A DNA stretch of 64,000 nucleotides from Rhynchopus sp. YZ270_cl-10. Its lineage: Eukaryota. The notes below the pieces were generated by a model that was not told the origin of the DNA, did no database searches, and saw only the letters and a program-made list of their open reading frames with translations. The stretch spans positions 1,426,001-1,490,000 of the forward strand of contig OZ037843.1 in assembly GCA_964035575.1 (NCBI GenBank), written 5' to 3'. Below, in pieces: positions 43,711 to 54,366 of this stretch; position 1 is the first letter of the stretch; each line of letters opens with the position of its first letter. Made by a program: the position numbers and the translations under genes.

Positions 43711-46341
43711 ATGGTGTCGTGCGGGATCCAGTCGCTGACAATACTGCTGTGTGTGGTGCTGATTCTGTCGACAGGTGCGATCATCGGTGGCTTCACTCTG
43801 TCAACATGGGACGACCTTCTGGAGAAGGCACGTGACACAGGTGATGAGGGCTTCGGGATGTGTCTCGACAGTGGTACGGCGGACATCGAAACGGTCTCGG
43901 CACGCTACCTGCGCTCCGTCCTTGGCAGTGTGGAAACGGCAGTGAAGGAGTACCTGAAGGTGCCTGAGCAGCTCGTGGTCTCGCTTGCCACCCTGGCGAA
44001 GGCACACCACCCAGACCTCACCACAAACCCCTCCTGGTCGGCTTCACATTTGCGTCCTGCAATCATGTCTGCCTATATCGCCGGGAAGATGGCTGGGGTC
44101 GACTATATCTCGCTAGAAACGTACCCGTGGTGCAATGCACACCCCTTTCATTGGAAGAGGGGTGACGGGTTTGCAGGGTGGGGCTCGCGGACTGGGTTCA
44201 GGGACGTAAACCCTGCGAGCGGTGTCACGCCTGCGAACGGCAGCATGGTGGTGATAGTGTACGAGCAACTTGACCTTGCGACGCTGGCGAGAGGGAGGGG
44301 GGACTGGGCTGCCTACACCGAAAGCGGCAACGTGGGCCAATTCAAGTTCCCGAACGAGCCGTGCAACCACATGCCTGACTACAACAAGGGCGAGGTACGT
44401 GGGCTGTGCGTCTACTCCATGGCGATGATGGAACCGTTGAAGTCGCGAAGTGAGGAGCAACGTGGGAGGGTGCTGTACAACATAGAGGACAGCGCACCAG
44501 ATCTCTACCCGGCGGACACGCTTGTCTACGATTCGCTGGTGGTGATGTGGGACTTCATGTCGTGGGAGCTCACCTACACCTTCACCCACCCGGACATGTA
44601 CACGATGCGCCCCAAGCAGGGCAAGCGTGTGGGTTCTGTCAACGCCATCCTCACTTCGCACGGGATCGTCGATGCAGTGCGTGCACAGCTGCTCCCGAAG
44701 GACGCGTCGCTGTACATGGTGGAGTGGGTGCGTGCAACAGGTGAAGTGGGGGAACTTGTGGCGTACAACAGAGGACGGCAGCTGCAGTACGTGTGGCGCA
44801 TGGGAGGTCTGGGTGTTGAGACTTTCATGGCAGCCAGCTTCAACATAACGAACCACTCGATGGAAGACGCGACGTCGCACATCCCCTCAGTGATTGCAGA
44901 GCACGGGCGGTTTGTGTTCACACACCCGCAGAACTACAGAGACCTTGTGGAGAAGACAGAGGACTCCTTCCTGAAGTGGTCTGACTCGAACGGCACGGAG
45001 TTCTGGACAATCACGTCGCCAATTGAACACAGAACGATTGCGTGGTACGTGAACCTTCTTGTACCAAGGACGTCTGTGATGGAGACGATTGATGCGTCGA
45101 CGAATGCAATCCGTGCGAAGGTGGCATCAGATCTGTCCTCTGCAGACGCACAGAAGGAGGATGCGGTGACTGTGATGGCGATTGTGACGGCTGTTGCAGT
45201 CATCGGACTTCTTGCCATTGCTGTTGTGTTCACACGCTACATCACGTCACCTCTGCTGAAGCTTGGGAGTGAGATGGCAAGTGTGGCTGTGATGGACCTG
45301 GAGGCTGTGGACACGGGCCGTGCAGTGTCGCAGCTGAGTGAGGTGGGGATGATGCAGCGCAGCTTTGTTACCATGGTGGCGAACCTGGTGGAGTACCGGA
45401 ACTACATGCCGCAGAGTGTGCTTGTCAACGAGAGTGAGGAGGAGGAAGAACCCACAGAATCCGAGTCCACGCGGCAGTCGAAAACAAAGGGTGGGTCTGG
45501 TACCTCATCCCGTTCCCGTGCCACGGGCTCGATGGCACAGAGCTCAGAGGTGGTGCAGAACCAGAAGGCACTGCTGCGTGTGGAAGGGATGAAGAAGAAG
45601 AAGGTGTCTCTGGCACACATGAACGTCGTGTCGTGGCACCCCTTCATCAAGAAGCACAAGGACGCAGAGGTGCTCTCCGCACACGCAGGTGTGATTGAGA
45701 GGATCCTGACAGCAGTGCAGCACAACAAGGGTGTGTGCGACACGTTCTCTGGCGACAAGATGCTTGCCACCTTCAACGCCTTTGTTCCCTGCGCCACACA
45801 CCGTGTTGCCTGTGTGAAGGCTGCACACGAAGCAGCAACAGCACTTGGTGATGTGCACAAGATCTCGTATGGGTGCACGACAGGCGAGGCACGTGTCGGG
45901 AACATGGGTTGCAACGGGATGAAGAAGGTGTCGATTCTTTCGCAGTCCATGTCGTGGGTGGTTGTGCTTGAGCGTTGGAACAAGAAGCACAACCTGCAGG
46001 GTGTCATCGACCGCAATGTGTCACGTGAGACGGAGGGACAGGTACTGGCACGTTGTGTCGGTGCTGTGCTGTTCGAGAAGTTCAGTGACAAGGTGCAGCC
46101 TGTGTATGCTGTGAAGGGTCTGTGCAGCAGCGAAAACGAGGAGTGGATGTACCAGCTGGAGTCCGCAAAGAACCCTGATGAACTGTGGAACGAGGTCTTC
46201 GAGCACATCATCAAACAGGACTTTGAGAAGGCGTCTTCTCTGCTTGACGGTGAGCCTGCAGACCAACGTCAGAAGTACGAAGAGCTTGTCGGCTATGTGG
46301 CGGCGAAGGCTTACGCCCCTCTAGTTGTGGACATGCACTGA
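43711..46341 (+). CDS. Family A receptor pseudo-cyclase (A3); 876 aa
   Basis: N-terminus and post-ectodomain region nearly identical to A1/A2; central ectodomain divergent. Confidence 0.88.
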   Translation: MVSCGIQSLTILLCVVLILSTGAIIGGFTLSTWDDLLEKARDTGDEGFGMCLDSGTADIETVSARYLRSVLGSVETAVKEYLKVPEQLVVSLATLAKAHHPDLTTNPSWSASHLRPAIMSAYIAGKMAGVDYISLETYPWCNAHPFHWKRGDGFAGWGSRTGFRDVNPASGVTPANGSMVVIVYEQLDLATLARGRGDWAAYTESGNVGQFKFPNEPCNHMPDYNKGEVRGLCVYSMAMMEPLKSRSEEQRGRVLYNIEDSAPDLYPADTLVYDSLVVMWDFMSWELTYTFTHPDMYTMRPKQGKRVGSVNAILTSHGIVDAVRAQLLPKDASLYMVEWVRATGEVGELVAYNRGRQLQYVWRMGGLGVETFMAASFNITNHSMEDATSHIPSVIAEHGRFVFTHPQNYRDLVEKTEDSFLKWSDSNGTEFWTITSPIEHRTIAWYVNLLVPRTSVMETIDASTNAIRAKVASDLSSADAQKEDAVTVMAIVTAVAVIGLLAIAVVFTRYITSPLLKLGSEMASVAVMDLEAVDTGRAVSQLSEVGMMQRSFVTMVANLVEYRNYMPQSVLVNESEEEEEPTESESTRQSKTKGGSGTSSRSRATGSMAQSSEVVQNQKALLRVEGMKKKKVSLAHMNVVSWHPFIKKHKDAEVLSAHAGVIERILTAVQHNKGVCDTFSGDKMLATFNAFVPCATHRVACVKAAHEAATALGDVHKISYGCTTGEARVGNMGCNGMKKVSILSQSMSWVVVLERWNKKHNLQGVIDRNVSRETEGQVLARCVGAVLFEKFSDKVQPVYAVKGLCSSENEEWMYQLESAKNPDELWNEVFEHIIKQDFEKASSLLDGEPADQRQKYEELVGYVAAKAYAPLVVDMH

Positions 46342-47936
46342 GCTACACACACATGGCTCTCGGGTATCCGAGGGCACGTTCTCTTGTTTGCTTCTTTGCT
46401 GTGCGGTCATGAACCCTGGCACACCTTCGATTACACGATCTTAACTTCATGTTGTATTTTTTCCCTTTTTTTTTCCCCCACTCACATTTTCAACTTTTTT
46501 CCACTTAGCTCTTCCCACCTCCGCTCCTCTGTTTATTTTGTGCGAAAATATTTGTTTTGAATAGTGTCTTAGTTTGTGTGCAATGTGTTACACTGTTTTC
46601 TTTATTCTGACCCAAGAATTGGATGTAGTCAAGGAAAGCAGCCTTCGTCTCTATTATTAGCGGAGTGTTGCAGAACGTTCTTGCTATACTCCAAAGGTAT
46701 AATGTTTTGTCTCGGCCCTTTCCCTGCTAAAATAGTACCTCTTTTATGGGGACCCCCAAGTAAATGGTTTACAGTTGGACAAGAAACGTGGCGACCCAAT
46801 ATTATTGGCGGATTTTGGGGGTTTTCTTGGCGACTTTTTTGGTCGCCAATATTACTTGTCCTACGGTATTTGGTGGTTGCTTGACGACTAAAAAAAAGTT
46901 ATTGAAATTGGTGTGGCTGAAGGGGGGTGATTCGCACTTTTTCCGCACTTTTTCGGACTTTTACCATGTTGGCTTGCTGACTGTGTCTGTGTACCAGGCA
47001 CACAGGCACACAGGCAGTACTCAGTTCACAGTGTTCAACTTTTACAAGGCGGGGAAGATTTTTTTGGGGGCTGATTCGCACTTTTTCCGCACTTTTTCCT
47101 CCCCCCCCCCCTTTCAGCCACACCATTATTTGGTATCTTTTTATTTTTTTTGGGGGGAAATTATTTGAGTTGTTCCGCTGAGGAAGCGTTACAACCTTTC
47201 AGACTCTTTCCCATTTTTCCGTTCGCGATTTTTTACCCCCTGATTTCAGAATCGGCAGAGAGTTTCGTTTTCTTGTTTTTGTTACACGGCATGGTATACT
47301 GATGATCTTTACTAAGAGGTGGGGGTTTTCCCAAACCCCCATCGTCTTATCTGTATCCCAAAAACTAGGATCTGAGTGAAAATTACCCCAAACGATTTTT
47401 ACATCAGCTTTGGTGAAGCAAACCACTGAGCTACACACACATGGCTCTCGGGGATCCGAGGGCACGTTCTCTTGTTTGCTTCTTTGCTGTGCGGTAATGA
47501 ACCCTGGCACACCTTCCATTACACGATCTTAACTTCATATTGTATTTTTTTCTTTTTTTGCAAAAAAAAAGCAAGGGTACATTTTTCGCACCCTCTTTGC
47601 CTTCTTTTCGTTTAGAAAAGAAAGTATATGAAATATATTTTTTTTTCGGTGACATGACAGCTGAGTGTGATCTGGGGTGAGGAAGCGTTCCAACTTTTCA
47701 ACCTCTTCCCCAATTTACCTTTCGCGCTTTTTTACCCTCCCCCGTTTTAGAATCAACAGAGAGTGTACGTTACGATTTCATTTTCATTTGTACGAGTATG
47801 CAATACGTCTGGAAATGAAAGACGCGCTCGTCGGTGGTCATGAGTTTTACCGTTTTCCCCTTCCCCCCCTTGTGCTCCACCTCTCCACCGTACTTCAGGA
47901 CGCGGGTTTTTCGGGGTTTTCGGGACTTTTGGGGTT

Positions 47937-48602
47937 CAGGGTTTCCGCCAAGGGGGACCGGGGGGGACCATGGACCCCCCCAATATTTTTCCCAGAAAAA
48001 TCCGGATTTTTACAGGGGTTTGGGGTTTTGGAGGTTGTAGATGATCCCCCGTGGTAATGCGACCCCACCGTGCAGAGCATTTGGCTCGCTGTGCCAGAAG
48101 AAGTGGAAGAAAAAGGGGGTGGTGCAATCTTTTTAAAAAAGGGTAAAAGTAGCGTACCGTGCGCCTGCGGCGCTGTGTTGCTAGCTATGTGATATTGATA
48201 TACTTCCATCGATACTTCCGTGCATTGCCCCTTTTTCTAAGGAGGCTTCGGTGCAAGGGACGGGTAGTTATTACATGTTCCCACTGCAGCACTGGAATGA
48301 CTGTAGCACCATACAATAGAAAAAGCAAACACCATCACCCTCCACTCTCACAGGACCCCTTACCTTGTTAAGCTTCCACCCCCGACCTCCAAACAAACCA
48401 CCTCTACCAGACACACAGCTGTGAAGCTTGACATGGCTGCTATCAAACCCGGTGCACCCTTCGCCTCTCCACTCTGTGGCCTGCAGGGAGGCGCGCGCGA
48501 AGCGCGCGACGACCGCTTTTGCGGGGAGAAAAAAAAATTTGGGGGGGTCTTTTTGATGGTCCCCCCCAATTCCTGAAACCCCAAATCCTGGCGGAAACCC
48601 TG
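47937..48602. mobile_element. CAGGG-terminated TIR element with 5-bp TSD
   Basis: 14-bp TIRs CAGGGTTTCCGCCA / TGGCGGAAACCCTG; GGGTT duplicated. The empty site CTTTTGGGGTTTGAAAA is present in the host-repeat copy at ~38950. Confidence 0.85.
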
Positions 48603-49013
48603 GGGTTTGAAAAAAAAATGGATGCGATCAACAAACAACAAACAACGAATAAACAAAGAAGGGGGGGGGTATTTCATTTTTCAACCTTTTTCATTAGCTC
48701 TTTCCCACCTCTGCCTCTCCCCCTTTTGTTTAAGGTGACTAAGCACGAGAGGCTTAGGTTCATCTTACAAACTTTTCTTTGTTTTGCGCGAACAATATTT
48801 TCAGCGACATGCAAATGTACAAAAAAAAATGTTTCTCTCACGATTGAATGTGAGAATGATATTTGTTTCCTTTTTGTACCCCCTTTTTTCACCTCTCCCC
48901 CACATGGACAGCCCCTCTCCATCCCATGTCTGTGCTCTACACCAGCTTTCATTTTTTTCCACAGAAAACAAGCTTCTGTAAAATTCGGGAAAAATTTTAA
49001 TGGTGTCGTGGTA

Positions 49014-49517
49014 CTGTAAAATCGTTTAATTTGTCGCCTACAATAATGTGACAAAATGACAAAAATGGTGACAAAATGACAAATTCTATAAGTGACACAT
49101 TATTGTGATGATTTAATTATGTTTTGGGACCACAGACGGGGAGCTGGTTCTGATACTGCAGTGGAGAAGGTGTTCAGGTTGTTGGTTTTGAGCAAAGACG
49201 CTGCAGACCAAGGGGGTTCTGCGGAGCACAGGAAGCAACGCTTTCCCGCCGGCACTGGCTGATATCGGGAAGGCTTCGTGTGTGAGCGGCCGCGGCCGCT
49301 TCCGTCCCTACGGGGATCTGCTGTCGACTGAGGATCGGTTGCTAATACAGAAAGTATCACTCAAGGCTGTACTTTAAAAAGTAAACACAAAATAACCGTA
49401 AACATAAATTAAATCATCGTTTATTGTAACACATATTCCTAGGGAGTGACAAAGTTTATTTATGACTGATATTTCAACTCGGTTAATTAGGGTGTGAAAA
49501 ATTAAACGATTTTACAG
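49014..49517. mobile_element. Tc1/mariner-type MITE with a GC-rich internal segment
   Basis: TA|CTGTAAAATCGTTTAATTT ... AAATTAAACGATTTTACAG|TA. Confidence 0.8.
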
Positions 49518-51136
49518 TAGTTCGGTCCATAATGTTTTGTTTCTTTATTTATTCGGCCCATAATAGTTCCAAACGCGGTAATATTATTGGCGTGAATCAA
49601 GATGGCTTTACTTCACTTCCAGGTGGCAACACTCCGAGGGCTGTTTCCACCTGTAAGTGAAATTAAGCCTTTTATTCACCCAAATAATACATATTTTTGG
49701 TGCTCCTGAAATAAAAATATACCAAGTACAACAACTACGCACTAATACGCGACAAGTACTCAACAAGTACGCAATGTAGGGTATTCCTGTATTATTTTTT
49801 TTTCGTGCGCAAAATGCGCAACAAGTACGCAAAATGGAGCACCAATTTTCTTGCCACTTTCAACACTTTATTCCACAACCCAGCGGTACCCCTGTACCAA
49901 CTTCACTTTTCTTCTTCAAGACTTACACTCATGTTTAAACATCCTTGTCATTCCTCTTCTTTGACTAGAACGTAAAGAGGGGGTCCCAAATAGCTTTACC
50001 CCCCAAAGGGGAAATATATACGACGCACAGATAGGTCAGAGACCCCGAGTTGCTTTTGCAGCTTTGGTCAAGTTGCATTTTTCGGCTGCAAAATGTAAGG
50101 AGATTCCCGAAGACATTCGGAACTCGGGTTTGAACTGTCTTTATCAAAACAATTTGGGTCGTACTGTCCTTATCCCAAAAGCAAGTGAATACAAATGTTG
50201 GAGAACAAAACACTGTAGTTTTTTCAAACAGAGACTATTAAACGCGATTTTGGCCTTTCAAGGTTACCGAAGAATAAAGTTATTTGGGCACCCCCTTTAT
50301 ATTAATTTTATTTTTTAATAAATTGGTAAATAGACGACGTGCAGTCACCTCGCTGTTTTGTTTCGTGTGCTCTCCACGCCATCACCTTGCTATCTCTCGT
50401 TTCGTGTATACCTCTTTTTGCTCTATTTGGCGATGTTTCCACACCGCCTCTCCCTGCCTGTCTGAACACTTACTGCTTTGCATTAACAGTGACATAAGGG
50501 AAACTGAGGAGCCTTTAGCGTTATCTTAGCGTAGTTTTTATTTTCAATTATTCGCTTGCATAATCAGCTCAACTAAAAGGTCGAGAACCTGACATGACTT
50601 TTAACTCCACATTGGTGCAATGAAGGGCACAAGCCCGAACTTTTAAAAGCTGGGACACTTCATGTGGAGGGACCTGCTGGAGCCCTAGCCAGTGAAGCCA
50701 CGAGGCCCCCTGGGTGCACGGTGCACGCTGCATACGAATATTATTGTGCATTTCGAGCTGACACCCGAATATTGGGAAACAGGTAATTATGCCAATAATT
50801 TCCCAATACCCTCGTTTGGCCACAGGGTTCCACACTGCTACTGGTAGGGGGGGGCAGTTTCCGTTCTCCTCATGTGGACAGCCCGCAAGGTGTGGCAGAG
50901 TCTTTCAGGGGACCCAATTTTGGAAAAAAAGAGGCTCTTCAGCATGACGAGAATTTTACCAAAACCACACCAACTATGACTCTCGCTCACACCTCTAGCG
51001 GGCGTACTTCGGCACATTCCTGTAAGGGCTGCTCTGATTGATCTCCCTAGTAGCTAGCGGATTGTGCCTGAGTAAAAAAGCAAACAAAACAAAAAAAGAA
51101 CCAAAAACCAAAAAAAAAAAAAAAAACATGCAACAT

Positions 51137-51351
51137 CCCCAACATACTTTTGCCTTGTCTGCACCCTTGCCTGTCACACCCCACTTCCCTTTCTGCACAC
51201 ACCTCCAATAAATTCGAACCTCCAGGCTCGCCAGGTCACCAGGCCCGTGGCAGACAGCTCTACTACCTGAGTCCCGACGAGCCACCCCTGAACCCAACGG
51301 ACACGCTGCTTTACTCTGCCCTGCAGGTTCAGTGGGCCAGCTGGGTGCTGG
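51137..51351 (+). pseudogene. Family A relic: 5' leader fused to a ~45-codon variant ectodomain segment
   Basis: ACATACTTTTGCCTTGTC leader, then PPGSPGHQARGRQLYYLSPDEPPLNPTDTLLYSALQVQWASWVL, homologous to A1 PGDPMVAQRGRQMYYLAADEPPLNPADTLVYAQMQLQWG. Confidence 0.8.
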
Positions 51352-51735
51352 GCACAGTACGTGGGAAAGCGGGATGTACCAGGTTTTTTGCGAAATAAGG
51401 CTACTAACCATAGGGAAAGCTCGCGAAGTATTCACGTTTTCCTTAAGGAAATGCCCTGAGGGAGAGCCGAGAAAGACCCTTTTTTTCCACCTAATTTGGG
51501 AATATCACACCAAGGACCCTTTTTAAATGTGTTCCCTTGACATGTGTTTTTCCAGGTTTTCAAAAAAGCAACTGATCAGCAAACAGGGGTCGAAGGAAGG
51601 TGTGTCGAATACAGAGAGGTGCTAAGAGGGAAAAACGGGGTGTGCTGTGTGAAACCCCGCGGCAGATTTTCAAACCCACCGTAGCACACCACACATCCCC
51701 AGACACTCTCTTCCCTTTCTGTACACCTCAGAACA

Positions 51736-54366
51736 ATGGTGTCATGCGGGATCCAGTCGCTGACAATACTGCTGTGTGTGGTGCTGATTCTGTCGACAGG
51801 TGCGATCATCGGTGGCTTCACTCTGTCAACATGGGACGACCTTCTGGAGAAGGCACGTGACACAGGTGATGAGGGCTTCGGGATGTGTCTCGACAGTGGT
51901 ACGGCGGACATCGAAACGGTCTCGGCACGCTACCTGCGCTCCGTCCTTGGCAGTGTGGAAACGGCAGTGAAGGAGTACCTGAAGGTGCCTGAGCAGCTCG
52001 TGGTCTCGCTTGCCACCCTGGCGAAGGCACACCACCCAGACCTCACCACAAACCCCTCCTGGTCGGCTTCACATTTGCGTCCTGCAATCATGTCTGCCTA
52101 TATCGCCGGGAAGATGGCTGGGGTCGACTATATCTCGCTAGAAACGTACCCGTGGTGCAATGCACACCCCTTTCATTGGAAGAGGGGTGACGGGTTTGCA
52201 GGGTGGGGCTCGCGGACTGGGTTCAGGGACGTAAACCCTGCGAGCGGTGTCACGCCTGCGAACGGCAGCATGGTGGTGATAGTGTACGAGCAACTTGACC
52301 TTGCGACGCTGGCGAGAGGGAGGGGGGACTGGGCTGCCTACACCGAAAGCGGCAACGTGGGCCAATTCAAGTTCCCGAACGAGCCGTGCAACCACATGCC
52401 TGACTACAACAAGGGCGAGGTACGTGGGCTGTGCGTCTACTCCATGGCGATGATGGAACCGTTGAAGTCGCGAAGTGAGGAGCAACGTGGGAGGGTGCTG
52501 TACAACATAGAGGACAGCGCACCAGATCTCTACCCGGCGGACACGCTTGTCTACGATTCGCTGGTGGTGATGTGGGACTTCATGTCGTGGGAGCTCACCT
52601 ACACCTTCACCCACCCGGACATGTACACGATGCGCCCCAAGCAGGGCAAGCGTGTGGGTTCTGTCAACGCCATCCTCACTTCGCACGGGATCGTCGATGC
52701 AGTGCGTGCACAGCTGCTCCCGAAGGACGCGTCGCTGTACATGGTGGAGTGGGTGCGTGCAACAGGTGAAGTGGGGGAACTTGTGGCGTACAACAGAGGA
52801 CGGCAGCTGCAGTACGTGTGGCGCATGGGAGGTCTGGGTGTTGAGACTTTCATGGCAGCCAGCTTCAACATAACGAACCACTCGATGGAAGACGCGACGT
52901 CGCACATCCCCTCAGTGATTGCAGAGCACGGGCGGTTTGTGTTCACACACCCGCAGAACTACAGAGACCTTGTGGAGAAGACAGAGGACTCCTTCCTGAA
53001 GTGGTCTGACTCGAACGGCACGGAGTTCTGGACAATCACGTCGCCAATTGAACACAGAACGATTGCGTGGTACGTGAACCTTCTTGTACCAAGGACGTCT
53101 GTGATGGAGACGATTGATGCGTCGACGAATGCAATCCGTGCGAAGGTGGCATCAGATCTGTCCTCTGCAGACGCACAGAAGGAGGATGCGGTGACTGTGA
53201 TGGCGATTGTGACGGCTGTTGCAGTCATCGGACTTCTTGCCATTGCTGTTGTGTTCACACGCTACATCACGTCACCTCTGCTGAAGCTTGGGAGTGAGAT
53301 GGCAAGTGTGGCTGTGATGGACCTGGAGGCTGTGGACACGGGCCGTGCAGTGTCGCAGCTGAGTGAGGTGGGGATGATGCAGCGCAGCTTTGTTACCATG
53401 GTGGCGAACCTGGTGGAGTACCGGAACTACATGCCGCAGAGTGTGCTTGTCAACGAGAGTGAGGAGGAGGAAGAACCCACAGAATCCGAGTCCACGCGGC
53501 AGTCGAAAACAAAGGGTGGGTCTGGTACCTCATCCCGTTCCCGTGCCACGGGCTCGATGGCACAGAGCTCAGAGGTGGTGCAGAACCAGAAGGCACTGCT
53601 GCGTGTGGAAGGGATGAAGAAGAAGAAGGTGTCTCTGGCACACATGAACGTCGTGTCGTGGCACCCCTTCATCAAGAAGCACAAGGACGCAGAGGTGCTC
53701 TCCGCACACGCAGGTGTGATTGAGAGGATCCTGACAGCAGTGCAGCACAACAAGGGTGTGTGCGACACGTTCTCTGGCGACAAGATGCTTGCCACCTTCA
53801 ACGCCTTTGTTCCCTGCGCCACACACCGTGTTGCCTGTGTGAAGGCTGCACACGAAGCAGCAACAGCACTTGGTGATGTGCACAAGATCTCGTATGGGTG
53901 CACGACAGGCGAGGCACGTGTCGGGAACATGGGTTGCAACGGGATGAAGAAGGTGTCGATTCTTTCGCAGTCCATGTCGTGGGTGGTTGTGCTTGAGCGT
54001 TGGAACAAGAAGCACAACCTGCAGGGTGTCATCGACCGCAATGTGTCACGTGAGACGGAGGGACAGGTACTGGCACGTTGTGTCGGTGCTGTGCTGTTCG
54101 AGAAGTTCAGTGACAAGGTGCAGCCTGTGTATGCTGTGAAGGGTCTGTGCAGCAGCGAAAACGAGGAGTGGATGTACCAGCTGGAGTCCGCAAAGAACCC
54201 TGATGAACTGTGGAACGAGGTCTTCGAGCACATCATCAAACAGGACTTTGAGAAGGCGTCTTCTCTGCTTGACGGTGAGCCTGCAGACCAACGTCAGAAG
54301 TACGAAGAGCTTGTCGGCTATGTGGCGGCGAAGGCTTACGCCCCTCTAGTTGTGGACATGCACTGA
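51736..54366 (+). CDS. Family A receptor pseudo-cyclase (A4); 876 aa, protein apparently identical to A3
   Basis: The translation matches A3 throughout; DNA offset 8025 bp. Confidence 0.88.
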   Translation: MVSCGIQSLTILLCVVLILSTGAIIGGFTLSTWDDLLEKARDTGDEGFGMCLDSGTADIETVSARYLRSVLGSVETAVKEYLKVPEQLVVSLATLAKAHHPDLTTNPSWSASHLRPAIMSAYIAGKMAGVDYISLETYPWCNAHPFHWKRGDGFAGWGSRTGFRDVNPASGVTPANGSMVVIVYEQLDLATLARGRGDWAAYTESGNVGQFKFPNEPCNHMPDYNKGEVRGLCVYSMAMMEPLKSRSEEQRGRVLYNIEDSAPDLYPADTLVYDSLVVMWDFMSWELTYTFTHPDMYTMRPKQGKRVGSVNAILTSHGIVDAVRAQLLPKDASLYMVEWVRATGEVGELVAYNRGRQLQYVWRMGGLGVETFMAASFNITNHSMEDATSHIPSVIAEHGRFVFTHPQNYRDLVEKTEDSFLKWSDSNGTEFWTITSPIEHRTIAWYVNLLVPRTSVMETIDASTNAIRAKVASDLSSADAQKEDAVTVMAIVTAVAVIGLLAIAVVFTRYITSPLLKLGSEMASVAVMDLEAVDTGRAVSQLSEVGMMQRSFVTMVANLVEYRNYMPQSVLVNESEEEEEPTESESTRQSKTKGGSGTSSRSRATGSMAQSSEVVQNQKALLRVEGMKKKKVSLAHMNVVSWHPFIKKHKDAEVLSAHAGVIERILTAVQHNKGVCDTFSGDKMLATFNAFVPCATHRVACVKAAHEAATALGDVHKISYGCTTGEARVGNMGCNGMKKVSILSQSMSWVVVLERWNKKHNLQGVIDRNVSRETEGQVLARCVGAVLFEKFSDKVQPVYAVKGLCSSENEEWMYQLESAKNPDELWNEVFEHIIKQDFEKASSLLDGEPADQRQKYEELVGYVAAKAYAPLVVDMH

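Noticed and set aside
41079..51649. Large transposon bounded by CACAGCACACCGCGTTTTT / AAAAACGGGGTGTGCTGTG and carrying A3
   Set aside because: No target duplication; the motif recurs at many sites (~1091, 2144, 36325, 38521, 63960) as part of other repeats.
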